Virus record (IMG/VR): IMGVR_UViG_3300030103_005573 | Location: 14,151-78,150 of that record | DNA: 64,000 nucleotides | Origin: a virus | Reading direction: 5' to 3' (one strand) | In this document: positions 21,508 through 31,592 of the stretch, piece by piece | How the letters are laid out: every line of letters begins with the position of its first letter | Position numbering within the stretch: position 1 is the first letter of the stretch | Notes under the pieces: model-generated | Database searches by the model: none | What the model was told of the DNA's origin: nothing | Seen by the model: the letters and a program-made list of their open reading frames with translations, nothing else | Made by a program: the position numbers and the translations under genes

Positions 21508-22194
21508 TTAAGAAATTTCTCCTTCATTCCACTTCTTTTTAAAGGTTCGGTATCTTTCCCGCATTTTGTTAAGGGCGCTCACAATTTGTTTTGTATTGAG
21601 ACCCGTAATCTCTCGCATATACAAATATACTGCTTTCTTATTGAAAATTTCTATTTGCTCTATGTTTTCCATTAAAGTTATAACAGCGTTAAGTACCTTC
21701 TCTTCGTTAGGTTTAAGTGTGAGGTTTTGCCAACTGTTGATTTCGCTGAGAAGTGAAAGCCAAAATTCCTTATCCTCGATATCAGTCATCAGATCGCCCT
21801 CAACTCCTGAGACTGCTTCTACCTCTCTAACCATTTCGTCATAATTAACTTCACGGCGGTTCTTCTTTGTTTGTTTTTTAGCTTTGTGCGTAAACCAATT
21901 CTTTGTTACAACCGAAAAGTAGGAGAATGCTTTTTTATTTTTAGAGGGGTCAAATTTCCCTAGAATAGTTGTAAGCCAAATTTTACAGTCATCCTTGTGG
22001 TACTCAATATTCTCAAGGGACGTAAATTTATAAGTGTAAACAATTTTATCCACAAGCTCATCAAAAGCAGGCTGTATATGTTCGACATAGAGCTTAGTTC
22101 TCATTGACAAACTGTCTGTATTACAATAATCTACTATTGCCTTTTCTGTTATTTCTGTAAAATAATAATTATTCTTTTTCTTTTTTCTAGGCAT
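21508..22194 (-). CDS. Phage RNA polymerase sigma factor (T4 gp55-like late sigma)
   Basis: Sigma region-2-like KFDPSKNKKAFSYFSVVTKNWF, N-terminal NYYFT motif, C-terminal HTH-like YLYMREITGLNTKQI. Confidence 0.7.
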   Translation of the reverse strand: MPRKKKKNNYYFTEITEKAIVDYCNTDSLSMRTKLYVEHIQPAFDELVDKIVYTYKFTSLENIEYHKDDCKIWLTTILGKFDPSKNKKAFSYFSVVTKNWFTHKAKKQTKKNRREVNYDEMVREVEAVSGVEGDLMTDIEDKEFWLSLLSEINSWQNLTLKPNEEKVLNAVITLMENIEQIEIFNKKAVYLYMREITGLNTKQIVSALNKMRERYRTFKKKWNEGEIS

Positions 22195-22495
22195 TCTCAG
22201 TCTCTACTTCTTTCCTGGTAAGCTCTTCGTTGGCTTTAAGATATTCCTGAACCTCATCAGCGAGGTTCCCTGTATGCATCAAAAGCTTTTCTAATGTGGA
22301 GTCACCATAAAAAAGTTCACGACCATAGACATCAGTTAAATGTGTTTCGTATTCAGCAATTGACTCCAGAACAACTCTTGTATCTTCGTTTGTCATCTCT
22401 AAATAATTTAGTAGTTTTCTAGTGTACCAAACAAAAATAACATTAATAGCCATAGAAGATATCAAAGCAATTGTTAAAAGTGTTGTAGTAATCAT
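22187..22495 (-). CDS. Small membrane-anchored protein
   Basis: N-terminal hydrophobic helix (LLTIALISSMAINVIFVWY). Confidence 0.6.
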   Translation of the reverse strand: MITTTLLTIALISSMAINVIFVWYTRKLLNYLEMTNEDTRVVLESIAEYETHLTDVYGRELFYGDSTLEKLLMHTGNLADEVQEYLKANEELTRKEVETENA

Positions 22496-22755
22496 TTTTT
22501 CCTATAAATTTTATTAGATTGTTTTTTCTTGTAATCTTCTAACTCTTGCTTTCCCTCTTGGATTGCTTTTTCTACTTGACTTCCTGTTTTCTCTTTGGTA
22601 TTATAACATTTTTTTGTTACTTGTAAAACGTTAGATAAATTTTTCTGTAAATTCTGTGAATTACATTTAGTACAGGTTATACCCTTAGCGCTATAAGAGT
22701 GTCTTATCTTTACTTGCTTTTTACAATTTAAGCAATCATAAACGTAGAGAGGCAT
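22492..22755 (-). CDS. FmdB-family zinc-ribbon protein
   Basis: MPLYVYDCLNC...CTKCNS pattern (two CxxC pairs). Confidence 0.8.
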   Translation of the reverse strand: MPLYVYDCLNCKKQVKIRHSYSAKGITCTKCNSQNLQKNLSNVLQVTKKCYNTKEKTGSQVEKAIQEGKQELEDYKKKQSNKIYRKK

Positions 22756-22919
22756 TACTCAGAGGCTGTCTTAAATGAGGGCGGATTAGTTACAACAATT
22801 TCTTCATCCTGGATCTCTAAGTTCCAGTCTGACAAAAGCTCTGTGATATCTGTTTGTTCTGTTAGGCACTTTTGTAATGTCATTAAAAGTGCGCCGACTG
22901 CTTGGTTTGAAAATTTCAT
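22755..22919 (-). CDS. Small hypothetical protein, 54 aa (not in ORF track)
   Basis: Hand translation MKFSNQAVGALLMTLQKCLTEQTDITELLSDWNLEIQDEEIVVTNPPSFKTASE; AGGAG RBS upstream; fills the gap exactly. Confidence 0.75.
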   Translation of the reverse strand: MKFSNQAVGALLMTLQKCLTEQTDITELLSDWNLEIQDEEIVVTNPPSFKTASE

Positions 22920-22920
22920 T

Positions 22921-23895
22921 TTATTTCTCCTTTATAATTTTATTAGTTATGGAACATATCTCTAATATGTCTTTTTCTTCAAGATAGGGATCTACTGGTA
23001 GATATCCTACATTTTGCGATTTTTTATAAGATAAAAATTCTTTATAATTAATATCTTTCTTAAACAAAGGCATCATTGACATGGGTTTAAAGCTATGACG
23101 GGCAGCATACCCACAAGAATTTAAAGTTGATACTATTTTATCTTTCACTGGTGAGAAAAAATCATATACCCACACTGCATCTCTATCTGGCATTTTAATG
23201 CTATCAGGCAAGAGGGTGTTATATATTTCCTCATTTACTCTTCTCTTATTATGATTATCATGATAATTTAAAAGGCTGTCAATTGCTAGAGATGCTTGAG
23301 AGTTTGTCATACGATAATTAAAACCTATTTGTTTATGGTAATAATTATGATCTTCTCCAAAAGACATGCTCTTCATATCCCTTACCACTCTTAGAAGATC
23401 AGTATCATCCGAGGCAACAATACCGCCTTCTTCAGCACAGATTATTTTGTTTCTGTAAAGAGAGAAACACCCAATATCAAAAGACCCAACAGCTTTACCA
23501 TCCCAATAAGCACCCTGAGCTTCGCAAGCATCCTCAATAACTCTTAAGTTGTGTTTTTCGGCTATTTCTATTACTCGATTCATATCGACAACTCGACCAT
23601 ATATGTGAGTAACCATAAGAACTTTTGTATTTTCGTCTATAACTTCCTCTACCTTATCTAGGTCAATTAATAGTCGGTCATCACAGTCAACAAATACTGG
23701 TGTAAGGCGAGCATAGTGTACAGCTAAACCAGAAGCATACATGGTAAACTCTGGAACTATTACTTTACTACCCTCTGGGAGTCTTAGTGCTTCTAACGCA
23801 ACATGTAAAGCTGCTGTCCCTGTATTAACAGCGACTGCTGACTCAACACCCAAATGTTCTGCATACTTTTGTTCTAAAATCTCAAACTTTTGCAT
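22921..23895 (-). CDS. DegT/DnrJ/EryC1/StrS PLP-dependent sugar aminotransferase (perosamine synthase-like)
   Basis: AVNTGTAALHVAL, VIEDACEAQG, SLYRNKIICAEEGG (PLP lysine), GFNYRMTN. Confidence 0.9.
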   Translation of the reverse strand: MQKFEILEQKYAEHLGVESAVAVNTGTAALHVALEALRLPEGSKVIVPEFTMYASGLAVHYARLTPVFVDCDDRLLIDLDKVEEVIDENTKVLMVTHIYGRVVDMNRVIEIAEKHNLRVIEDACEAQGAYWDGKAVGSFDIGCFSLYRNKIICAEEGGIVASDDTDLLRVVRDMKSMSFGEDHNYYHKQIGFNYRMTNSQASLAIDSLLNYHDNHNKRRVNEEIYNTLLPDSIKMPDRDAVWVYDFFSPVKDKIVSTLNSCGYAARHSFKPMSMMPLFKKDINYKEFLSYKKSQNVGYLPVDPYLEEKDILEICSITNKIIKEK

Positions 23896-23904
23896 TACAA
23901 ATTC

Positions 23905-24408
23905 TCATCGTCTAATGATTTCATAATCACTACTATAACTTGGCCAGATTATAGCACCGTTGGCAATACGGAGGAACTCTTTTTCTATAGTGTCCCAACG
24001 CCCTTCTTCTATTAGTCCGTTCTCCTCTGATTCTAAAATTCCATATTTGACGCAAGAACAAACAATCCAATCAAAACTATTATCTTCGAATGGCAAGTCT
24101 TGTAGTGTTGATTCTACAAGTTTTATCCCAGGGTATAATTCCCTTCCATATTCGATAAGGGCTGGTGTTTGATCTACACCGGTATATTCGTTTTTAACAA
24201 ATTGAGATAACCAACCAAATCCACACCCAGCGTCAAGTAGTTTATCTTCTTCTTTGACCTCTTGATTAATTACAGATAGTCTGCTATTTATTATTCTTTT
24301 CCATTCTGTAGGTCCCGACCTATAAACAGAGTAATAGGGATCTCCAACTGATTTTGCTTGCGCAACTCTAGTTACCCAAAACTCTTTGTTATCATATAGG
24401 TTTTTCAT
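23905..24408 (-). CDS. Class I SAM-dependent methyltransferase
   Basis: LLDAGCGFG, GVDQ, DLPFEDNSFD. Confidence 0.85.
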   Translation of the reverse strand: MKNLYDNKEFWVTRVAQAKSVGDPYYSVYRSGPTEWKRIINSRLSVINQEVKEEDKLLDAGCGFGWLSQFVKNEYTGVDQTPALIEYGRELYPGIKLVESTLQDLPFEDNSFDWIVCSCVKYGILESEENGLIEEGRWDTIEKEFLRIANGAIIWPSYSSDYEIIRR

Positions 24409-24992
24409 CTATTTGACCTGGTTCCTGTAAATATAAAAGTTCTATCATGTGGAAGGAATTGTATATTTAAGTTATCAATATATTCGCCATATCGATCTGA
24501 TATTTGTTCTTGTGATACAAACCATCTAACATGACCAGGGTCATCAAAGATTGGAACTGTAAATACTAAATTAACACCCTCTGGAATAGCTTGAAGAAAC
24601 TCAACATCTTTATGTACATGTTCTAAAAATTCTGTGGATATTACTGTAGTATCTTTAGGATTTGTTTCTATAAAGCTACCAACATCCATTGCTGTGATAT
24701 CATTAACAAAAAATGAAGCGCTAGGTGCAGTTGCGTTTCTTTGCTGTGCTTTTTCAATAGCTACAGTGGAAAAATCGATACCGTTATATGTTCCTTCAAA
24801 TCCATCACGGTACATAACTTGACACACATGCCCAGGACCACATCCAAAATCATATATGGTGCTACCCAATGTTGACATAGCAGTATGTGCAATAGTTTCC
24901 CAAAGATTTCCTACTGGTGGGTTTGGATCATTGTATGCAACTGATGTTGCAAAAATGTCATCATAATATTTAGCTGGCTGTTCTATACCCAT
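24405..24992 (-). CDS. Class I SAM-dependent methyltransferase
   Basis: YDFGCGPG, GIDFS, STEFLEHV; start moved to MGIEQ (24992) because of a GAGG RBS and to avoid overlap with the upstream gene. Confidence 0.85.
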   Translation of the reverse strand: MGIEQPAKYYDDIFATSVAYNDPNPPVGNLWETIAHTAMSTLGSTIYDFGCGPGHVCQVMYRDGFEGTYNGIDFSTVAIEKAQQRNATAPSASFFVNDITAMDVGSFIETNPKDTTVISTEFLEHVHKDVEFLQAIPEGVNLVFTVPIFDDPGHVRWFVSQEQISDRYGEYIDNLNIQFLPHDRTFIFTGTRSNR

Positions 24993-25002
24993 TTTATTAC
25001 CT

Positions 25003-25956
25003 CTACCAATCCCAATGGTTATTATTTTGTTTAAAATATTCAATAGTCCTCTTTAGCGACTCCTCAAGATTAACCTCTGGTCGGGACTCAATTACATTAT
25101 AAAGTTTTGTATTATCTGATTGTAAGTGCCAAATCTCCCACGGGCGGACACGAGCCTGTTCAGTAATAATATTAACTTTTTTATGACCCATTAATTTACC
25201 AATCAAATGAGCTAAGTCATAAATTTGTATACCATCTTCACTGCCCATATTGTAAACCTCACCAAATTCTCCGAACTCTAGCAACTCAACTGCCATTCTA
25301 ACTGCGTCACCAGCATACTGAAAATCTCTAAAAGAATTATTGCCTAGGTTTACATTGTGACTTCTGTCAAGTTGTTCAATGATCTCTGGAATAACATATT
25401 CATGTGTTTCTCTTTCTCCAACACAATTAAACTGACGCATAGCAATCGCTGGGACTTTTGCCTCTCTCCAGCGGACCTGTACAAGACCATCAGCAGCTAA
25501 CTTTGATACACCATAAGTTGAGTGAGGAGTTACAGGATCAGTTTCTTTAATCTTACCCTTCATGTCACCATAAATTTCAGCAGACGAAACTTGTAGCAAA
25601 CCTTGGATATTAGCTTTTTGACAAGCATTTAAGACCTTCAAGACTGCCGTTGCATTAATATCAAAAAAGTGCATTGGTCTCTCAAAACACTCAGGGATAT
25701 AAGGTTCGGCAGCATAATTAAAGACATACTTTATTTTGTTATCCAGAAAAATCTTTGCTAGTTCATTCTCATCATCACGAATGTCAAACCACATAAAATC
25801 TGCTTTGTGATGAAGATGCTTTTTAAGCCCTGTTATCAAATTATCAAGAACAAGAACTTTGCAATTCCTATCTTCTATCAAATGGTCAACAAGGTGGGAA
25901 CCTAAAAAGCCAGCACCACCAATAACACACACGTTCTCATCTTTAATAGTTCTCAT
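25003..25956 (-). CDS. NAD-dependent NDP-sugar 4,6-dehydratase/epimerase (extended SDR)
   Basis: GGAGFLGSH, SSAEIYG, YGVSK (YxxxK), RDFQY. Confidence 0.9.
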   Translation of the reverse strand: MRTIKDENVCVIGGAGFLGSHLVDHLIEDRNCKVLVLDNLITGLKKHLHHKADFMWFDIRDDENELAKIFLDNKIKYVFNYAAEPYIPECFERPMHFFDINATAVLKVLNACQKANIQGLLQVSSAEIYGDMKGKIKETDPVTPHSTYGVSKLAADGLVQVRWREAKVPAIAMRQFNCVGERETHEYVIPEIIEQLDRSHNVNLGNNSFRDFQYAGDAVRMAVELLEFGEFGEVYNMGSEDGIQIYDLAHLIGKLMGHKKVNIITEQARVRPWEIWHLQSDNTKLYNVIESRPEVNLEESLKRTIEYFKQNNNHWDW

Positions 25957-25960
25957 AATT

Positions 25961-26584
25961 TTACTCCTCTATAAAATTAATATAAGTCTTTTTTCCTTTA
26001 TTGTTAATATAATAAGAAGATTCTTTACCAGGAAAATGTAAAGCTCTAATATATTTTGTTAAATTTTTTACTCTATCTAAATCATTTCTGTAATAAGTTT
26101 TGGCATTTTCCGAGGGTTGTGGTACGGCAACAAAGTTTTCCTCAAGTAGATCGACAAACCAATCTTTAAACATCTTGAAAATTAAAACATTACCTCTTTC
26201 ATTAAGAGAATAAGCTGTATCAGTTTCAGATACAATAAATTCTCTTATTTCTATTATATCACCAGTATCAATCCCTTTATCAATCAAATGAAGAGTAATA
26301 CCTGATTTCTTATCCTCGTTAATGAGTGTCCAACTATATGCTCCTGCTCCTCTGTATTCCGGTAAAATTCCAGGATGAAAATTGTAGCATTTTTTACCTT
26401 CCATAACGGAAGATGTTAATATAGTATCATATAGGACTGATATTACAATACTCGCATCGTTTATCTCATCTACTAGCTCATATCCTGTAGGGATATTTTT
26501 ACTAGCCCACTCTTTACAAATATTTCCTACATACCTTGATGTGGCTATACAAACTTTCTTACGAGAGTTACAAGCTTCACTCAC
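25961..26584 (-). CDS. Formyltransferase (sugar N-formyltransferase-like)
   Basis: NFHPGILPEYRG, GITLHLIDKGIDTGDII; located inside a sugar cluster. Confidence 0.85.
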   Translation of the reverse strand: MSEACNSRKKVCIATSRYVGNICKEWASKNIPTGYELVDEINDASIVISVLYDTILTSSVMEGKKCYNFHPGILPEYRGAGAYSWTLINEDKKSGITLHLIDKGIDTGDIIEIREFIVSETDTAYSLNERGNVLIFKMFKDWFVDLLEENFVAVPQPSENAKTYYRNDLDRVKNLTKYIRALHFPGKESSYYINNKGKKTYINFIEE

Positions 26585-27437
26585 TTTTTAGCTCCAGTAA
26601 CCTATTATACATTTCTGTAACCATGTTGTTTAGTTTATACTGGTTTGTAAATTCTATACACTCGTTTCTATCGAGTTTAGGGGTATTGTCCCAAGTTTCT
26701 TTTAATGTTTTTTTAAAATCCTCATAACTATTGTCATTAAAATATATTGCTCGATCACCAAAATAATCTCTCGCACCCATATACTTTGAGTCACTAACCA
26801 TAACAGGCTTTCCTAATCTGTGAGCTTCAATCAGTGTAAGTCCACCCGTTGATGCTTCGTGATATTCTGTAACGAGAAAACTACACTCGGCAATCACTTT
26901 GTGAAAATCTTGTTCCGATAATTTATGCAGTGATTCATACAAAGGAATTTCTAGTTCTGAACATGCCTGCTTTAGCCATCCTATATTTTTATCTTTATGA
27001 TAGTATCGCATAGCCTGGTAAACATATCTACCATCTTTTATTTCCCCGTCATAATCAAAAAGTCTTGCGTATGATTTTATTATTCTACATTTGTGTCCAA
27101 GACCTAGAAATTCTTCAGTGCGAAGATTAACCTCTTCAGAGGGAGTCCAAATTTCTAAAGATTTATTTAATAACTCTCCGTAACCAGGCCAGTTATAACC
27201 AGCATTACTTTGCATATCCACCCAGCCATAAAAGTCCCAGTTATAATTTATCATAGGTACCTGGGGGTTGTGCTCGTTGATTGATTTAATCTTTGGTAAT
27301 TGAGAATGTGATAATCCAATCAAAAAATCACAGTCCTCTGTACAATGATTCTTTATCACTTCTACACCAAACTCTCGAAACTCATCAGCAATTTTATGAG
27401 AAAATTCATCTGGAGGTAGTACAAAACTAATCTTCAT
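26577..27437 (-). CDS. Glycosyltransferase (GT-B, GT4-like)
   Basis: EASTGGLTLIEAHRLGKPVMVSD motif. Confidence 0.75.
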   Translation of the reverse strand: MKISFVLPPDEFSHKIADEFREFGVEVIKNHCTEDCDFLIGLSHSQLPKIKSINEHNPQVPMINYNWDFYGWVDMQSNAGYNWPGYGELLNKSLEIWTPSEEVNLRTEEFLGLGHKCRIIKSYARLFDYDGEIKDGRYVYQAMRYYHKDKNIGWLKQACSELEIPLYESLHKLSEQDFHKVIAECSFLVTEYHEASTGGLTLIEAHRLGKPVMVSDSKYMGARDYFGDRAIYFNDNSYEDFKKTLKETWDNTPKLDRNECIEFTNQYKLNNMVTEMYNRLLELKSE

Positions 27438-28492
27438 TGTGATAGACCCTCTTTAATAACTTGTATGTATTTGGGCAGCATATTTTCCCAAGAATGTTGC
27501 TCTCCCCATAGTTTACCTTGATTTGAGTATTTTGTTATATCTTTTTTATACCATAAGTCTATAGTATTTGCTATATTAATAGGGTCAATGGTTGCCCTAT
27601 GGAAAGGAACATTTACAATTCTATCCTCAACATATCCTGATACTGGTATAAGAGGTTCGTTTGGGAGCCACAAAGTATTAGGAAACCTATCTGTTGTCAT
27701 AACCAACATACCGCTGGCGTATGCCTCTTGTAGAGGTAATGACAATCCATTAAATTTCTCTGGAAATAGAAAAACGTCACCTTCTAGGAACAGCTTATCA
27801 TACTCAACTGTTCCAATACGAACATCTACTCTGCTATCACTTACATTAATATCTAATGGTTTCTGAGAGCGGATAATCATTTCTATCGGAGATTTTATGT
27901 GCTGTAATGATTCTATAACCTCTCTTGTCCCATTTCTATCATTTGTCCCTCCATTGCCAGCATTATAAACAAAAGTATTAGCCTGCGTTCTTTGTTTCCA
28001 CGAAACATCAACCGGGATCGTTACTTGTCTTATGCTTGCCTCAGGATACATTTTTCTGTACACTTCGTAATCTAATTTAGAAGGACAAAGATACAAATCT
28101 GCTTCCATAGGGTATGGAGTGCATTCATACATTGGCATGAGCACTGTTTTAACGCCTAATCTTTTAGCGTCTTTTAAAATATCATACCCGACTGTTCTAC
28201 CATCGCTTGTCTGAATGGTAAAATAAAAAGGTATCTCAAATACAAGCAAAACATCTATTTTTGATAAAAAATTAGTAATTACAAGTCGCTCATCAACTCC
28301 TGGGTGTTTAGTTTGTGCAAAAGAATCAGAGGGGTTACCTATGAATGAAGAATGGTTAAACCACTCTGGGTGATTTTTTAACGTTCCATGCTCTTTTATT
28401 AAAACCTCATGTACGAGCCCACTATCATAAAAAGACTTTGCAAGAACACCCAACCCTTGATTAGTTGATAAAACTATAGAACCTATTTTCAT
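27434..28492 (-). CDS. Glycosyltransferase (GT-B, GT4-like)
   Basis: DVFLFPEKFNGLSLPLQEAYASGMLVMTTD. Confidence 0.8.
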   Translation of the reverse strand: MKIGSIVLSTNQGLGVLAKSFYDSGLVHEVLIKEHGTLKNHPEWFNHSSFIGNPSDSFAQTKHPGVDERLVITNFLSKIDVLLVFEIPFYFTIQTSDGRTVGYDILKDAKRLGVKTVLMPMYECTPYPMEADLYLCPSKLDYEVYRKMYPEASIRQVTIPVDVSWKQRTQANTFVYNAGNGGTNDRNGTREVIESLQHIKSPIEMIIRSQKPLDINVSDSRVDVRIGTVEYDKLFLEGDVFLFPEKFNGLSLPLQEAYASGMLVMTTDRFPNTLWLPNEPLIPVSGYVEDRIVNVPFHRATIDPINIANTIDLWYKKDITKYSNQGKLWGEQHSWENMLPKYIQVIKEGLSQ

Positions 28493-28497
28493 TTTTA

Positions 28498-30318
28498 TTA
28501 CCTATCAATTATATCTACAATGTACGATACACGATTGTCTAATGTGTGGTTTTCCTTTGTATGCTTAATACCATTTAAGATTATTTCCTCTCTATCTTTT
28601 GGGTTATCTAAAAAGAAATCAATCTTTTGTTTGAGGATATTAAAATTATTTCGCTCGAAAGTAATAAAATGTTGACCATCTGTATAATGATCTTCTATAC
28701 CCTCAACATATGGGTGAATAATTAAACCACCACGACCAATTGTTTCATAAAGGCGATTTGACCAAAGGTTTTTAGATTCTACACAATCACCAATAATAAC
28801 TTTAGCGGATCTAATCAATTCTGTTAATTTATCTTCTCTATACTCATCAGTATTGTTTTTCCCTGCCCAGAAAAACTTATCTCCATAGGTATTTTGTAGA
28901 AAATTAAGAAGTTTGTATCGATTCTGACCATGAAAATTCATGTCTAAGCCGCCCACAAATAAGACATCAATACTCTTCTTAGAATTTTTTACCTGCCTCT
29001 CTGTTACGCAGTTTGCTGGAAATATGGCATCCTTTAGCGGATAATGATTAATACCACTTTCAGCAAATAAGTGCTGGTTTCCACCATCTGTAGAGAAAAC
29101 ATAATCTGCCTGAAACATCGGATGTTTTTGTCTTACTTCGTTTTCTCTTGGGGTGCCAAAATATAAATCAGGTACCCAGCAGACTGTCTTTATACAGTTT
29201 TTCTTTAGAGTGTCCATAAATTGACTCTGATTAGGTATTCTTAACTTGGCATAAAAAACATAATCAGGGTTAGATCTGATCAATATATCTTGATTATTTA
29301 AATCCTCGGATAGATTAAAAGTGTCTTCATCAAATCTTAAAACTTCATATCCACTTTTTTCTAATGATAGGGCTTTTCCTTCTTCATCATAAAGTTTTCT
29401 AAATTTTCCTATAAATGCTATTTTCTTTTTATAGTTTTTATCAATAGGCTTCTCAATGGTATCGACAAAAAGATCTATCGCCGATTTGATTCGTTTGCGT
29501 GTCTCTTTGATTAATTCATTTCCATTTAAAGAGATATGTTTCTCGCTTGCTGCTCCAATAAGTGATGAAATCGTCTTAACTTGACAATTCATCATCTTAG
29601 CCTCAACTATTAAACGGCAGAATGTTTCTAAAACTTTTGGAATAAATACCAAAGTCTCGTATGTTGCCATGGTTTTTAAGAAATCATTTGGTGGAAGTCC
29701 CCCGACAAGATCAAAATCTATCCCCTTTGATTGACAATAAGAAACACCCGCAGTCATATTCTTAGTAGGATTATCAGATTTAACAACCATAGTGCCATTG
29801 GTCTTATTAGTTGTACTTAATTGCTCAATCATATCTAACCGTGAATCAGACCACAGACTGGTACCAATACTAAGCACATTATTAATGTTGAGAGTTCTCT
29901 CCATAACTTCTTTGCAGATTTTACTAAGACATATTACTGATTTTGCTTTTGCATAAAATCTTGAGTTAATTACATTATCAGTTGGTATTATAACCTCATT
30001 AATTGTTACTTGATTTTCACAAAAAATAGATGGGTCTCTTGTATCTAGAAATTTATGATCATGTTCATATATTACATACTCGATATTATCGGACATATAT
30101 TTTTTACAATCATAATTTAAACCAACAAAATTAGATACGATGTAAAGGATTTTATTATTTTCTCTCAAGAACTCTAACGTTATTTTAGAGCTACTAATTT
30201 TACTAATGTTATAGCCCCTGTCTGATAACTTATTGATCAAGACATCATCATTGAGTTCTGCTCCTCCAACAACCTGATCGCTAAAGAAGTCTGATATGAA
30301 AAACAATTCTTTATTCAT
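28498..30318 (-). CDS. Two-domain glycosyltransferase (N-terminal GT-B-like plus C-terminal CgeB/YkvP-like)
   Basis: GGAELND...ETFCRLIVEAKMM, then DVLFVG...WSNRLYETIGRGG...HTLDNRV. Confidence 0.75.
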   Translation of the reverse strand: MNKELFFISDFFSDQVVGGAELNDDVLINKLSDRGYNISKISSSKITLEFLRENNKILYIVSNFVGLNYDCKKYMSDNIEYVIYEHDHKFLDTRDPSIFCENQVTINEVIIPTDNVINSRFYAKAKSVICLSKICKEVMERTLNINNVLSIGTSLWSDSRLDMIEQLSTTNKTNGTMVVKSDNPTKNMTAGVSYCQSKGIDFDLVGGLPPNDFLKTMATYETLVFIPKVLETFCRLIVEAKMMNCQVKTISSLIGAASEKHISLNGNELIKETRKRIKSAIDLFVDTIEKPIDKNYKKKIAFIGKFRKLYDEEGKALSLEKSGYEVLRFDEDTFNLSEDLNNQDILIRSNPDYVFYAKLRIPNQSQFMDTLKKNCIKTVCWVPDLYFGTPRENEVRQKHPMFQADYVFSTDGGNQHLFAESGINHYPLKDAIFPANCVTERQVKNSKKSIDVLFVGGLDMNFHGQNRYKLLNFLQNTYGDKFFWAGKNNTDEYREDKLTELIRSAKVIIGDCVESKNLWSNRLYETIGRGGLIIHPYVEGIEDHYTDGQHFITFERNNFNILKQKIDFFLDNPKDREEIILNGIKHTKENHTLDNRVSYIVDIIDR

Positions 30319-31592
30319 AGCGTGTCTAATTCCGATATATCATTATAAGTTTTGGTTTTTATTGTACCCATATGTTCCTGGTGGAATTCTTTATACTTTT
30401 GTTTAATTTTTTCAATGTCATATTTATCCAACAAATGTGTAGACAAAGAATGAGCTTCCTCCAAAAACGAACCTTTGTTATTACTAATAAATCTTAAGTT
30501 CTTTTTAAATGAGGTTTCGTCTGGGTACGCCCACTCGCAACCCTCTACAATAAGTCCTGGCATTATGTGTTGTGATTGGACCTTGTCTAATTTATAATCA
30601 ACCTTTAGAAAATGACTTTGTAATTTAACTTTCCCGGTCTTTGATTTGACAGGTGCTCGAAGAAAATCTAAATGACCAGACCAATTTGTTGCAATTACTG
30701 GTATTTTGTTACACGCAGCATTAAATATTGGGATACCAAACCCTTCCCCGTGAGTTGTCGTAACATAACAATCAATATATTCTGGATTATACAAAGAAGC
30801 CATTTCTTGCTCGGAAAAATTACCATGAACAAAATATATCTTACACTTCCTGTTCGGGCTAATTGTATCCAACAATCCTTTTATTATTGTTTTACTCGAA
30901 TGAAAATCCAAAGTACTATTATTTTGCATATGAGCTTTGACTACTAATCCAACTTTATCATTATCTTTAAACTCTTCAACAAACCACTTAAGCATATTTT
31001 CGAAGTTTTTCCTTGGAGCTAATTGGAGAACTGTAAGAAAATTAAATTCTGTGGTTATCTCCATATCCTTATAAATATCAACCTTCTCTACGGTGGAATC
31101 ATAACCAAATGGAATTACAGTTATTGGAGTAGATATCCCAACTCCATTTTGATCTTTTGTTTTCTTGAGATTTTTTTTAGCATGCTCAGATACAACAAGA
31201 ATATTCTTCATCAGATTACATTTAGAAACCCATTCTGGTGGGGCAAAGGTAGTTTCCAACGCTGCTGTTACACCTATATCATTTTCTGACATTTGCTGAA
31301 ATTCATTAGGTGGTCTAACTTGATATGTACAGTCAAACAATCCTGCGATGTTAACCCTTCCTTCTTGGTCAACTCTGCTTTGAAATAAATTATTTGTCTT
31401 ATTAATAAGATTCTTGTACTTATTGTAATACTTTAAACTATGAGTTGCAGCAGCCCACTGGGTATCTTGAACATACACATCAAATACATCTTGCATCTCT
31501 ACAAAAGAATCAAGTAAAGTACGTGCATGCTCACTGTAACCTGAGATATTACAAACAGGTCCTACTATTAGTACTCTTGGTTTATTATTCAT
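30315..31592 (-). CDS. Glycosyltransferase (GT4-like)
   Basis: SGYSEHAR, PRKNFENM, THGEGFGIPIFNAA, ATNWSGHLDF. Confidence 0.85.
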   Translation of the reverse strand: MNNKPRVLIVGPVCNISGYSEHARTLLDSFVEMQDVFDVYVQDTQWAAATHSLKYYNKYKNLINKTNNLFQSRVDQEGRVNIAGLFDCTYQVRPPNEFQQMSENDIGVTAALETTFAPPEWVSKCNLMKNILVVSEHAKKNLKKTKDQNGVGISTPITVIPFGYDSTVEKVDIYKDMEITTEFNFLTVLQLAPRKNFENMLKWFVEEFKDNDKVGLVVKAHMQNNSTLDFHSSKTIIKGLLDTISPNRKCKIYFVHGNFSEQEMASLYNPEYIDCYVTTTHGEGFGIPIFNAACNKIPVIATNWSGHLDFLRAPVKSKTGKVKLQSHFLKVDYKLDKVQSQHIMPGLIVEGCEWAYPDETSFKKNLRFISNNKGSFLEEAHSLSTHLLDKYDIEKIKQKYKEFHQEHMGTIKTKTYNDISELDTL